Of a DNA stretch of 64,000 nucleotides, positions 1 to 9,985 are shown in pieces. The DNA comes from Anaerolineales bacterium. Lineage in GTDB: Bacteria; Chloroflexota; Anaerolineae; Anaerolineales; UBA4823. Numbering within the stretch: the first letter of the stretch is position 1; each line of letters starts with the position of its first letter. The notes under the pieces are model-generated. The model searched no databases. It was not told where the DNA came from and worked only from the letters and a program-made list of their open reading frames with translations. The DNA lies in NCBI GenBank assembly GCA_046259385.1, contig JBJYWI010000083.1:8689-72688 (forward strand), in the 5' to 3' direction. A program made the translations under genes and the position numbers.

Positions 1-11
1 GTCTCTCATTT

Positions 12-1031
12 TTATCGGATTAGATTTGGAAACAGGATAATGAGAACACCCGTCAAGAATACGTTTACCAGTGCTAGCGGGAGGAGAATCTTCCATCCAA
101 ACGCCATCAGGCGATCATAGCGGATCCTAGGCATCGTCGCCCGAATCCAGATAATAATGAATATCAGGAGAAAGGTTTTTATGAATAAATATACCGGACC
201 CAACCAGGGCACTTTGTCAACGAAAGGTCCCAGGTAACCTCCCAGGAATAATGTGGAAAATATTACAGAAATAACAATGATTTTTATATATTCCGTCATC
301 ATGAATAGGGCGAACTTCATACCGGAATATTCTGTATGGTAACCGGCGGTCAACTCCTGTTCTGCTTCGGGCATATCAAACGGGGAGCGGTTAATCTCGG
401 CCATGGCAGCCAGAAAGAAGATGATCATTCCAATTGGCTGGAGGATTATGAACCAGGTTATGCGTCCCTGCGCCTGTACAATTTCATTCAGACTCATCGA
501 ACTGGCCAGTAAAATCGGGCCGATGAACGCCAGACCGAGGGCTAATTCGTAACTGACCATTTGAGCTGACGAGCGGATGCCGCCCATCATGGCGTACTTA
601 TTGTTGGATGACCAGCCAGCCAGGACAATCCCGTAAACTGAAATCGAAGCGATAGCAGTGATGTACAGCACTCCCACATTGATATCTCCAGCTATGCTAA
701 GGGAGATTTCCTGCCCGAAAAGGTTTACAGTATCTCCAAAGGGCACAACAGCCAGCATGACCAGCGCGGGTATAACAGTCAGCATAGGCGCGAGGAGGAA
801 GATTAATTTATCAGCTTTTGCGGGGATTAACTCCTCTTTAAAAATCAATTTAACGCCGTCCGCGACCGGTTGTAATAAACCGAACGGCCCTGCGCGGTTT
901 GGTCCGTATCGTACCTGCATACGCGCCAGTGTTTTACGTTCCATATATGTTGTGTATGCGAAACCAACTATCAGTATCACAAGCATCAGCACGGATTTAA
1001 TTACCCATTCCAATATCAAGGCAAATTCCAT
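12..1031 (-). CDS. nuoH: NADH-quinone oxidoreductase subunit H
   Basis: 339-aa polytopic ORF with the ND1/NuoH N-terminal signature YMERKTLARMQVRYGPNRAGPFGLLQP. Last visible gene of a contiguous nuoA-H run. An ATG 2 nt downstream (pos 9, minus) looks like the start of the next nuo gene, which runs off the window. Confidence 0.95.
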   Translation of the reverse strand: MEFALILEWVIKSVLMLVILIVGFAYTTYMERKTLARMQVRYGPNRAGPFGLLQPVADGVKLIFKEELIPAKADKLIFLLAPMLTVIPALVMLAVVPFGDTVNLFGQEISLSIAGDINVGVLYITAIASISVYGIVLAGWSSNNKYAMMGGIRSSAQMVSYELALGLAFIGPILLASSMSLNEIVQAQGRITWFIILQPIGMIIFFLAAMAEINRSPFDMPEAEQELTAGYHTEYSGMKFALFMMTEYIKIIVISVIFSTLFLGGYLGPFVDKVPWLGPVYLFIKTFLLIFIIIWIRATMPRIRYDRLMAFGWKILLPLALVNVFLTGVLIILFPNLIR

Positions 1032-1078
1032 ATTAATTCCTTGGTGGTTAAATATTCATTTCCCTGCATTTTTCAAGC

Positions 1079-3775
1079 TCAAACACTCTTTTCAATTTTC
1101 CGTATATCCACCTGGACCGGTTTGTAGCCAGGCATCCCAAAGCTGCGCGGGATCAGGGCAACCCTCTCAGGCAATTCTTCAGAAATTTGAACTTTAACAA
1201 TAACTTTATTATCTGAAGAAAAAGATGCGTTAGAACTGGTGCTGGTTGAATCAAACGAAATTTGTACCATTCCGCCTGCCTCTACTCTAATACGCTCCGC
1301 ATCAATGGCGCTGATGACTACGAAAGGCTCTCCAATACGTTCCAAGATAAGTTTTGAATGTATCAGGGTTTGTCCACGGTCATACAACCGGTTTACCGGG
1401 AAAGCAATCTGTCCTAGTCTGGGAATATGGATAAATTCAACCGAGGAACCAGATAGTTGCAGACTGCTCTTCTCCTCCGTCTCAGCCAGTGGAAGCTGTG
1501 CCCCTAACCCCTGGTTATTCTCGTAACCGGTACCACCGTAATAAAGATCTTCCCTGCCGATGATCGGCCATTGTTCGGAAGTCTCTGACAGAAGGTTATA
1601 GGATAATCCTGAAAAAACAGGCACAGTTCTGGCGATCTCATCGAAGACAATGGATGCGCTTCCGAAAGGAAGTGATAATTCTCCCCCGATTTTCTGAGCT
1701 ATTAAGGCTGGAATTGCATAGTCTGCCAGCGGGCCGCTCAGCACCATTTCACCAGCGGTAAGTAAAGATGTCTTTATAACTCCCTGGCTTTCGACCTTTG
1801 GAATGGGTTTGGCGATATCTGGTATTACAGGATAAAAGCGCTGTACCCTTCTATCTCCAGATGTAAAACTTCCTTCTCGCTCAATCCATGACAGGGCAGG
1901 CAGTACAACATCAGCCAGTCGGGCGGACTGGCTAAGGTAGAGGTCCTGGACAACAATAAAGGCATCTCCGCCAAATCCCGTCAGTCCCAGGTAAGCCGGA
2001 TCGTCGCCGGCGGGATCCGCGGCGGCGATGTAAACCGCCTGGGCATTTTCGATTTTTTCGTGGATATTTGAGTGGGTTCTCAAACCGAGCTCCCAGGCGC
2101 CCTGGTCGTTTGCTCTGGGCCAGACGCCAATCAATCCATTATTAACTCGACCGGCATGATCGGTTGAGACCAGCAGATTCGCGCATGCCTGGGCAAGAGC
2201 TTGAGACTGTTCCACTCCAGCGCCATCGCTCCCAAACAGAACCAGGGCATTCCCCGCTTGTGAAAAAACTTTCGCCGCATTTAAAAACGCTGGGTCTTGT
2301 GCCAGGGATTGGACCGATTCGGGCAAGCCAAGCGGTTTTGTCGAAAGTGTGTTCAGCAATGCAAGTACCGCAGCTGTCTCCATACCGTATGGGTAGTGCA
2401 GGGTGAATGATGCAACCCGGTCAATCTTTGTTGAGCGTGCATTCAACGAAATGACTTTTACCCCACGTTCAGCAGCTTGCTTGACCCTCAGCCACCAGAT
2501 TGGGGCTTCCTCCTCCAGATCGCAGGCTACCACAAGAACGGCATCATCTGGTCCGAGATCGGTCAAGTTGGAACCAGGAGGAAGACCATACCTGCTGGTA
2601 AATTCGCCTCCAGCCATGTGCGAGTACTGGACCGTCTCGCCTCCCAACCCAACTGTGAGTTTGTTGAGGTTGAACAAGTCTTCATTTGACAAGCGCCCGC
2701 CGAGGATAGTCAGCAAGTTTTCACCTGCTTGTTTGAATCGGTCAGCGATTATTGTAAGTGCCTCATCCCAGCTTACCGGGACTAGCTCGCCGGCGTGGTT
2801 CGAATCAGCGTTTTTTCGTACAAGCGGCTCGGTTAATCGTGCAGGGTTGTTTTTATCGCCTTCACTTTTACCGGCGTAATGGTGTCCGAAGCGGCCTTTG
2901 TCGCAGATCCAGATCTCGTTCACACTTTCGTTCTGGCGGGGCATAACCCGTTTGACGATCCATTCTCCCCCCGCAGCGGCTTCTCGCCGGATATTCATCG
3001 TCAGGTTGCAGCCGACAGGGCAATGGCTGCAAATAGTTGCTGCGGGTTTTAATTCCCATGGCCTGGCGCCAAAACGAAAATCAGCCGTTGTGAGCGCTCC
3101 GACAGGGCAAATGTCGGTTGTATTGCCTGAGAAATACGAATCAAAACCTGGTTCTGACAGGGTAATAATTTCGAGCGATCTACCGCGGTTGTAGAAGTCA
3201 ATCACCGGGTCATCGGCAATCTCATGCTGGAAACGCACACAGCGCCCGCATTGAATACATCTTTCTCGATCAAGGTAAATTAATTCACCCAGGGGGACAT
3301 GCTTGGCAAGGTGCATTTTTTCGTTGTAAATAAAGCGGCTTTCCCCGGCGCCAAATTTAATTGTCAGGTTCTGAAGCGGGCATTCACCGCCCTTGTCGCA
3401 GATCGGGCAATCCAGCGGGTGTGAAGTGAGCAGAAATTCGATGATATCATCCCGGGCTGCTTTAGCCTTTTCGCCCATCCCGTTTATAACCATTCCCTCT
3501 GTAACCCGGGTAGTACATGCGGTCTCAAGTTTTGGGCCGAATTGAATTTTCGGGCTACCGTCCTCTTCGAGAACAAGTTCCCCGGAGGTACGATCGATAA
3601 GAGGTCGTCCAATTTCAACCAGACACATCCGGCACATGCCTACCGGTTCCATCTTGGGGTGATAACAGAAAACAGGAATGTCGATGCCGACTTTTTTCGC
3701 TGCGTCAACAACCAGTGTCCCGGCTGGCACACTCACCTGGACACCATCGATTGTCAATGTCACCAATTTAGCCAT
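1079..3775 (-). CDS. nuoG: NADH-quinone oxidoreductase subunit G (75-kDa Fe-S subunit)
   Basis: 898 aa. N-terminal Fe-S cysteine clusters (CYHPKMEPVGMCRMCLVE, HPLDCPICDKGGECPLQ, CIQCGRCVRF) followed by a molybdopterin-oxidoreductase-like body. Sits between nuoF and nuoH. Confidence 0.95.
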   Translation of the reverse strand: MAKLVTLTIDGVQVSVPAGTLVVDAAKKVGIDIPVFCYHPKMEPVGMCRMCLVEIGRPLIDRTSGELVLEEDGSPKIQFGPKLETACTTRVTEGMVINGMGEKAKAARDDIIEFLLTSHPLDCPICDKGGECPLQNLTIKFGAGESRFIYNEKMHLAKHVPLGELIYLDRERCIQCGRCVRFQHEIADDPVIDFYNRGRSLEIITLSEPGFDSYFSGNTTDICPVGALTTADFRFGARPWELKPAATICSHCPVGCNLTMNIRREAAAGGEWIVKRVMPRQNESVNEIWICDKGRFGHHYAGKSEGDKNNPARLTEPLVRKNADSNHAGELVPVSWDEALTIIADRFKQAGENLLTILGGRLSNEDLFNLNKLTVGLGGETVQYSHMAGGEFTSRYGLPPGSNLTDLGPDDAVLVVACDLEEEAPIWWLRVKQAAERGVKVISLNARSTKIDRVASFTLHYPYGMETAAVLALLNTLSTKPLGLPESVQSLAQDPAFLNAAKVFSQAGNALVLFGSDGAGVEQSQALAQACANLLVSTDHAGRVNNGLIGVWPRANDQGAWELGLRTHSNIHEKIENAQAVYIAAADPAGDDPAYLGLTGFGGDAFIVVQDLYLSQSARLADVVLPALSWIEREGSFTSGDRRVQRFYPVIPDIAKPIPKVESQGVIKTSLLTAGEMVLSGPLADYAIPALIAQKIGGELSLPFGSASIVFDEIARTVPVFSGLSYNLLSETSEQWPIIGREDLYYGGTGYENNQGLGAQLPLAETEEKSSLQLSGSSVEFIHIPRLGQIAFPVNRLYDRGQTLIHSKLILERIGEPFVVISAIDAERIRVEAGGMVQISFDSTSTSSNASFSSDNKVIVKVQISEELPERVALIPRSFGMPGYKPVQVDIRKIEKSV

Positions 3776-3807
3776 TCATTGCTCCAATACCTGACACGTT
3801 CCATTTA

Positions 3808-5094
3808 TCAGGTTGATTTCGTTCCGTTGGTTGCGGCTTGAAAATCGGGACTGAAATGATTAATGCCGCTCAGCACTGATTCCACCGCAAATTCTCCAAG
3901 GGCACACAGGCACTTTCCCTGTATCTGGCTTGCGACTTCGTGCAGTAAATCCACATCTTGAAAGGTGGCATTACCGGAGACAATTCTTTCAGAGATTTTT
4001 GTCATCCAGTATGTCCCCTCCCGGCAGGGTGTACATTTTCCGCAAGATTCATGCTTGAAGAAGTGGTTTGTCTTATTTATCAACCAGGGGATATCGACCG
4101 TGTCGTCAATAATGATTACTGAGGCAGAGCCAAGCTGGGCACCCAGGCTGGGAACGCTCTCGTAGTCCATGGGGGTATCCAAAGCGCGGTCGTCAGCCGG
4201 GATCAAAGCAGAGCTTGCTCCGGCTGCCATAATCGCTTTTATGGAACCTCCGTCAGGAATTCCACCCCCGTGCTCGAATATTAGCTCCCGGAATGTAGTG
4301 CCGAGGGGCAGTTCATAATTTCCAGGACGGTTTACCCGACCAGAAAGGGAGAAGATCTTCGGTCCGGGGCTCATTTTGGTACCAATGCCTCGGTACCAAT
4401 CCGCCCCGTGTTCGATTATGAGGGGAACATTCGCCAGGGTTTCGACGTTATTTATTACAGTGGGTTTGCCGAACAAGCCAAATGAAGGCGGAAAGGGCGG
4501 TCTCAAACGAGGTTGGCCCAATTTTCCTTCCATCGATTCAAGCAGAGCGGTTTCTTCACCGCAAATATATGCCCCGGCTCCCAAATGGGTGTATATATTC
4601 AGTGAAAAACCGGTTTTGAACAGGTTCTCCCCAAGCAAGCTTGCCATTTTAAGCGCTTCAATCTGGCGGTCCAGGTTTTCTGCAATCTTCCAGAACTCTC
4701 CGCGCAGGTAAATATAGGATGTGTTCGCCTGAATTGCATAGGCGCAGATTGCGAGTCCTTCAAGGAACTGGAATGGATTGCCCTCCATAATCTCCCGGTC
4801 TTTGAACGTCCCAGGTTCTGATTCGTCCGCGTTTGCTACCACATAATGCGGCCAGGCATTATTGTCGATGAAAGACCATTTCAAACCGGTTGGGAAACCC
4901 GCTCCACCCCGACCTCGCAGGCCGGAGGCTTTCACAATTTCAGTTACCTCTTCAGGCTGCATGGAAGTAACTACATTTTCGAATGCGCGGTATCCACCTT
5001 TCTGGCGGTAGATCTCTAAGTTATCTAAATCGGGATGGTCACGATGGCGCAGAAGGATATGCTTAAAACCAGCGCCAGCTGATTCATTATTCAT
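3808..5094 (-). CDS. nuoF: NADH-quinone oxidoreductase subunit F (NADH/FMN-binding)
   Basis: 428 aa. GRGGAGFPTGLKW FMN-site motif and ESCGKCTPCREG 4Fe-4S motif. Confidence 0.96.
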   Translation of the reverse strand: MNNESAGAGFKHILLRHRDHPDLDNLEIYRQKGGYRAFENVVTSMQPEEVTEIVKASGLRGRGGAGFPTGLKWSFIDNNAWPHYVVANADESEPGTFKDREIMEGNPFQFLEGLAICAYAIQANTSYIYLRGEFWKIAENLDRQIEALKMASLLGENLFKTGFSLNIYTHLGAGAYICGEETALLESMEGKLGQPRLRPPFPPSFGLFGKPTVINNVETLANVPLIIEHGADWYRGIGTKMSPGPKIFSLSGRVNRPGNYELPLGTTFRELIFEHGGGIPDGGSIKAIMAAGASSALIPADDRALDTPMDYESVPSLGAQLGSASVIIIDDTVDIPWLINKTNHFFKHESCGKCTPCREGTYWMTKISERIVSGNATFQDVDLLHEVASQIQGKCLCALGEFAVESVLSGINHFSPDFQAATNGTKST

Positions 5095-5617
5095 GATCCT
5101 GCCTCCGTTTCAATCCACCCTTGTGAGCTATCTGTGCCCGCAAACCTTCAATTAATGAAAGCGCGTTTTCGACAGTCTGGTTTTCGTGGTATTCCAGCCC
5201 CTCAGCGGATTGTAGCTGGAACATTGGAGCCCGGTCGCATGCCGCCAGACACATCACCGGTTCCACAGTAAAAAGGCCATCCGGGGTTGTTTGGCCGGGC
5301 TCAATACCCAATCTCTCACACAATTGTTCCATGAACTTGTCCGCTCCCCGTAGTGCGCAGGGCAAATCCGTGCAGACTTGGATGTAAAATTTGCCACCTT
5401 TTTTGTCATGGAAAAGTGTATAAAACCCCACCACCGAGGCGACATCTGTAGTTGAAATCCCCAGTATGCTGGCGACTTCATCCATAGATTTGCGGTCGAT
5501 AAACATTTGATCACGCTGTACCAGATACAATAAAGGCATTACAGCTGCCCGGCGTTCTTCCGGCGGGTATTTCGCTAGAATTTGACTTACTTCCTGCGCA
5601 TATTTTTCAACCAGCAT
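5087..5617 (-). CDS. nuoE: NADH-quinone oxidoreductase subunit E (24-kDa 2Fe-2S)
   Basis: 176 aa. Thioredoxin-like 2Fe-2S ligands CTDLPCALRGA ... CLAACDRAP. The 3' end overlaps the nuoF start by 8 nt. Confidence 0.93.
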   Translation of the reverse strand: MLVEKYAQEVSQILAKYPPEERRAAVMPLLYLVQRDQMFIDRKSMDEVASILGISTTDVASVVGFYTLFHDKKGGKFYIQVCTDLPCALRGADKFMEQLCERLGIEPGQTTPDGLFTVEPVMCLAACDRAPMFQLQSAEGLEYHENQTVENALSLIEGLRAQIAHKGGLKRRQDHE

Positions 5618-5637
5618 AATTCCTCAACATAGTTTAA

Positions 5638-6882
5638 TTACCTGTCGACGTCCCCAAGGACAATATCGACAGTTCCAATCAGGAGAACCAGATCAGCGAC
5701 GAGATGATTCCTGGCAAGGAGAGGCAAAACCTGCAGGTTTGTGAAAGATGGGGTGCGCCAGTGCACCCGATAGGGTTTCGGGCCTCCATCACTCTCCAGA
5801 TAAACGCCCAGTTCGCCGCGCGGCGATTCGGTCGATACGAATACCGATCCCTTTGGAACGTTGTAACCTTCGGTCCAGAGTTTGAAGTGGTGGATTAACG
5901 CCTCCATGCTTATGCCAAGCTCAGAGCGCGGGGGAGGGACGTATTTTCGATTATTGCTGCGAACTGGTCCAAACGGCAGATGATCAAGGGCCTGTTCGAT
6001 GATGCGGGTTGCCTGGCGCATCTCTTCTATGCGGACAATATATCTTGCAAAGGTGTCGCCCTCGCTGCGGACAGGGACGTCAAATTCATACTGCTCGTAA
6101 CCGGAATATGGTTTGGATTTTCGCAGGTCGTGATCTATACCCGATGCCCGCAGCATAGGACCTGTTACACCCCAGGCGAGAGCATCTTCGGGGGTGAGCA
6201 CCCCCATATTGACTGTTCTGTCAAGAAACACGGGATTATTCGTCAAAAGGGCTTCGTATTCATCAACGCGAGACGGGAAAATTTTGATAAATTTGCGCAC
6301 AGCCTCTTCAAATTCCACCGGTACATCCCGCCAGAGACCTCCGGGCCGGATAAACGTGGTCATCATGCGCTGACCGGAGCACATCTCAAAAATATCCAGT
6401 ATCATCTCGCGCTCACGGAAGCAGTACATCCAGACAGAGGTGGCGTTCACATCCAAACCGGTTGTCGCCAGGAAAATCAGGTGGGAAGCAATCCTTTGCA
6501 GTTCCGCCATGATCACCCGGATCGCTTGGGCGCGTTCGGGGACATCGAGTCCGGTTAGTTTTTCAATCGCCATGCAGTATGTTAGATTGTTTCCCAGATT
6601 GTTGAGGTAATCCAACCGGTCGGTCATCGTGATGGATTTTTCGTAGGTTTTGGCTTCCATGTTCTTCTCGATCCCTGTGTGCAGGAAGCCAACATCCGGA
6701 ATACAGTTGATTACCTCTTCGCCATCAAGCTCGAGGAGCAGCCTGAGGACACCGTGTGTGCTGGGATGCTGAGGTCCCATGTTCAGCAGTACAGTCTCAC
6801 CCCGGATGGCGCGATCGGTCACCAGGTGTTTTATTTCATCCATGGATGATTCTGTCAGTATGAACTGCGTTTGTTCAGTCAT
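5638..6882 (-). CDS. nuoD: NADH-quinone oxidoreductase subunit D (49-kDa)
   Basis: 414 aa. NMGPQHPSTHGVLRL signature. Separate from nuoC (not fused). Confidence 0.96.
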   Translation of the reverse strand: MTEQTQFILTESSMDEIKHLVTDRAIRGETVLLNMGPQHPSTHGVLRLLLELDGEEVINCIPDVGFLHTGIEKNMEAKTYEKSITMTDRLDYLNNLGNNLTYCMAIEKLTGLDVPERAQAIRVIMAELQRIASHLIFLATTGLDVNATSVWMYCFREREMILDIFEMCSGQRMMTTFIRPGGLWRDVPVEFEEAVRKFIKIFPSRVDEYEALLTNNPVFLDRTVNMGVLTPEDALAWGVTGPMLRASGIDHDLRKSKPYSGYEQYEFDVPVRSEGDTFARYIVRIEEMRQATRIIEQALDHLPFGPVRSNNRKYVPPPRSELGISMEALIHHFKLWTEGYNVPKGSVFVSTESPRGELGVYLESDGGPKPYRVHWRTPSFTNLQVLPLLARNHLVADLVLLIGTVDIVLGDVDR

Positions 6883-6914
6883 ATCGATTTTTTCTTTTAA
6901 TAAATTAAGTGCTA

Positions 6915-7427
6915 TTATTCCTCGGCATAAGGTTTGCGCAGGTCGATTTCTTCAAAATTGAAAGAGTACTGCACCTCTTCATAACCGAGCGGGTAATCTT
7001 TCCGGAGCGGGTGTCCTTCCCAATCGTGTGGTAAAACAATCCTGCGCAGGTCAGAATGACCTTCGGCTTGAATGCCAAACATATCCCAGAGTTCCCGCTC
7101 AAACCAATTTGCATTTTTGTATACTTCTTCGATGGTTGGCAGTTTGGGAAAATTGCCATCCAGAGACACACGCAATCCGATTATCAGGTTGTGTTTAAGT
7201 GAGCGAAACCTGTATATCACATGGAAGCGTGGGGTCTGTTCTGGCCAATAGTCAACTGCAGTCTGTTCGGTTAGGATTTCAAAATTGTGTTCGTCTCTTA
7301 GAGCTAGACAAACTTTGACTATCTGTTCTGGTTTGATTGTTAGACTCAACTCGTCTTTAAAGACCTGCTTGTCCGCAGCAAAGCGCTGGATAAGGTTTTC
7401 AGCAACAGTTTCAAGTTTTTCATCCAT
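6915..7427 (-). CDS. nuoC: NADH-quinone oxidoreductase subunit C (30-kDa)
   Basis: 170 aa. NWFERELWDMFGI motif, and position between nuoB and nuoD. Confidence 0.93.
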   Translation of the reverse strand: MDEKLETVAENLIQRFAADKQVFKDELSLTIKPEQIVKVCLALRDEHNFEILTEQTAVDYWPEQTPRFHVIYRFRSLKHNLIIGLRVSLDGNFPKLPTIEEVYKNANWFERELWDMFGIQAEGHSDLRRIVLPHDWEGHPLRKDYPLGYEEVQYSFNFEEIDLRKPYAEE

Positions 7428-7434
7428 AACAGGT

Positions 7435-7917
7435 CTATGCCCAATCCTTTACTTTTTCTCCGTAAACTTTTTCATAAAGGGTTACAACACCGTGGATCAA
7501 CGCTTCTGGTCGAGGCGGGCAACCGGCGACATATACATCGACAGGAACAATTTCATCCACCCCCTGGACTATTGCGTAATTATTGAAGATACCCCCACAG
7601 GATGCACAATCTCCCATTGAGATTACCCATTTTGGATCCGGCATCTGATCATACAGTCTGCGCAGGACGGGGCTCATTTTCCGGGTTACCCTACCGGCTA
7701 CAATCATCAGATCTGACTGGCGCGGGCTGGCGCGCATCAGTTCCATTCCAAAGCGGCTCATATCATAATTTGCAGCCTGGGCAGACATCATCTCGATAGC
7801 GCAGCATGCCAGTCCAAATAACATTGGCCACATCGCTCTGGTGCGTGACCAATTAACCGCTTTCTCCAGGGTTGTGGTCACCACTCCAAAATCCCCCAGT
7901 TTCTGTTCTACTCCCAT
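7435..7917 (-). CDS. nuoB: NADH-quinone oxidoreductase subunit B (N2 cluster)
   Basis: 160 aa. Motifs [18 protein letters not shown] and GCPPRPE. Confidence 0.96.
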   Translation of the reverse strand: MGVEQKLGDFGVVTTTLEKAVNWSRTRAMWPMLFGLACCAIEMMSAQAANYDMSRFGMELMRASPRQSDLMIVAGRVTRKMSPVLRRLYDQMPDPKWVISMGDCASCGGIFNNYAIVQGVDEIVPVDVYVAGCPPRPEALIHGVVTLYEKVYGEKVKDWA

Positions 7918-8264
7918 TCAAGCGCTCCTTTCTTCCACGCATACACATAACCTACCATTAAGATGACAATAAAGATCAGCATCTCGACCAAACCAAACAG
8001 ACCGAGTTTTTTGTAAACTACTGCCCATGGAAAGAAGAAAACAACTTCAATATCAAAGAGGATAAATAACACCGCAATCAAATAGAAACGGACAGGAAGG
8101 CGGCGGGTTCCAGGCCCGATAGGACGCATGCCCGATTCATAGGGCATGGATTTTCTCTGGGTGGGTCTGCGGGGTCCAAAAAGATGACCGATTGCGATAA
8201 CCAGCCCCGCCAGCCCGGTCGCCAAGACCAACAGTACGGCGATAGGAAGATATTCTTGCAGCAT
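7908..8264 (-). CDS. nuoA: NADH-quinone oxidoreductase subunit A
   Basis: 118 aa with 3 TM segments. YESGMRPIG and [12 protein letters not shown] motifs. Overlaps the nuoB start by 10 nt. First gene of the operon. Confidence 0.92.
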   Translation of the reverse strand: MLQEYLPIAVLLVLATGLAGLVIAIGHLFGPRRPTQRKSMPYESGMRPIGPGTRRLPVRFYLIAVLFILFDIEVVFFFPWAVVYKKLGLFGLVEMLIFIVILMVGYVYAWKKGALEWE

Positions 8265-8491
8265 AGTGGTCTCTTATGATCTCCTGGAGTTGTATATTTA
8301 TCTGTTTTTTTGGGGTGAAATGCTGGCGTTCAAAAAAGTCCGGTTCAATTTATTCGCCGGATGGGACGCGCATTTCAGGTAAACAATAGCCAAGCAGTCT
8401 GCCTTAATAAAATAATTATAAATGCTTAAACAAAAGTCAAAGTAGTTTATCATACGTGTTCAAAAGCGTCAAATTTCACAAACTTTTAACC

Positions 8492-9982
8492 TTACTTAAG
8501 GTAGTCGCGCAGCTGGCTGCTGCGGGTGGGGTGGCGGAGCTTGCGCAGGGCTTTGGCTTCAATCTGGCGGATGCGTTCACGGGTTACATTAAAATGCTGT
8601 CCTACTTCCTCCAGGGTATGGTCTCTTCCATCTAAAAGCCCGTAGCGCATTTCTAGAACCTGGCGCTCCCGCTCAGTAAGAACAGCCATGGCATCCTGGA
8701 TCGATTCTCGAAGCATATCCCGGGCAGCAGCATCGATTGGTTCGACAGCGTCCTGGTCTTCAATAAAATCGCCTAACTGGCTGCTGTCCTCAAATCCGAC
8801 CGGGCTCTCAAGGGACATCGGCTCTTCCATAGCGCGCATGATTCGATCAACCTTAGCGGTTGCTAGTTCCCAGCGCCGGCGAACGTCCTCATCTATGGGC
8901 ATGGATTTTCCCAGAGACTCAAGGACAACCTGTCGATCCTCTGGATCCAGATATCCTGCCTCAAGTGCGATGTCTTCTCTAGTAGGTTCGCGCCCTAGCC
9001 GCTGGATCAATTCGCGCTGGACACGCAGCAAGCGGTTGATTGATTCAAAAACGTGAACCGGGATCCGGATTGTGCGGGCTTGGTCCGCAATCGAGCGGCT
9101 TATTGATTGGCGGATCCACCATGTTGCATAGGTGCTGAATTTATACCCGCGGGCAGGGTCGAATTTTGAGACCGCACGCAGAAGACCAATATTGCCTTCT
9201 TGAATCAGGTCAAGAAATGAAGTCCCTCTGCCGATATAGCGTTTTGCAACGCTGACAACCAGTCTGAGGTTAGCGCGGATTAGGGCTTGATAGGCTTCGT
9301 CACTGAGCTTGTAAATTTGGTCAATTTCAGATTGTAATTCAACATTTCCAGAGAGGTAGCTATTGAAAATTTTCAGATCTGGCAGGTCCCTTTCCATGGA
9401 GATAAAATCTTGAAGAGGTTGGACGATGCTGTCAGGGAGAGTGTATAGATAAAGGAATACAGTAAATGCATGCTGGGCAATGCCATCCCAGAGCAAATCA
9501 CCACCCCACAGCCCATTATCCAGGTAACCTCGCAGGTAGGAGCGGCTGCTCAAATGCCAGTTACGGCGTAAATTCTGGCCTTCGTCCAGTATTTGACCCA
9601 GGTCAGGACATTCGTATCCAAGGCGGGTGGCATCCTCCACCAATCGCTTCCAGGATGTCGTCAACTCCTCGTAAAGTGCTGCATAAATTCCAGCCGTACC
9701 ATCCTTGGATTTTCCTGGGGCAGTCGGTTGTCCGCGTGCCAGTGGGTGCTGGCGTTTCAGTGTATCAATCCGACGGGAGGCTTCGATCCTGGCTGCCAGC
9801 CAGAATTCCTGGTCTGAATCAAGAAGTTCGATACTTCCGATTTCCTTGAGGTAGAGCCTGACCGGATCTTCGCTGATCTCGGCAAGAAGAGTGGGATCGC
9901 TTAGGGAATCCTGGCTCTCGGAGTCGGTTCTTAGCTTATCAGGAGGTTCGTTTTTATCCTTATTGGATACAGGTGCAGGCAT
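8492..9982 (-). CDS. rpoD: Primary RNA polymerase sigma-70 factor
   Basis: 496 aa. Region 2 ([36 protein letters not shown]) and region 4.2 ([29 protein letters not shown]). Lies 4 nt downstream of dnaG. Confidence 0.95.
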   Translation of the reverse strand: MPAPVSNKDKNEPPDKLRTDSESQDSLSDPTLLAEISEDPVRLYLKEIGSIELLDSDQEFWLAARIEASRRIDTLKRQHPLARGQPTAPGKSKDGTAGIYAALYEELTTSWKRLVEDATRLGYECPDLGQILDEGQNLRRNWHLSSRSYLRGYLDNGLWGGDLLWDGIAQHAFTVFLYLYTLPDSIVQPLQDFISMERDLPDLKIFNSYLSGNVELQSEIDQIYKLSDEAYQALIRANLRLVVSVAKRYIGRGTSFLDLIQEGNIGLLRAVSKFDPARGYKFSTYATWWIRQSISRSIADQARTIRIPVHVFESINRLLRVQRELIQRLGREPTREDIALEAGYLDPEDRQVVLESLGKSMPIDEDVRRRWELATAKVDRIMRAMEEPMSLESPVGFEDSSQLGDFIEDQDAVEPIDAAARDMLRESIQDAMAVLTERERQVLEMRYGLLDGRDHTLEEVGQHFNVTRERIRQIEAKALRKLRHPTRSSQLRDYLK

Positions 9983-9985
9983 GGT

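Noticed and set aside
8415-8440. A possible nuo operon promoter TTGACT ... TATAAT on the minus strand, upstream of nuoA.
   Set aside because: The spacer is only 14 nt, outside the functional 16-19 nt range, so I do not call it. The real nuo promoter is not evident by eye.
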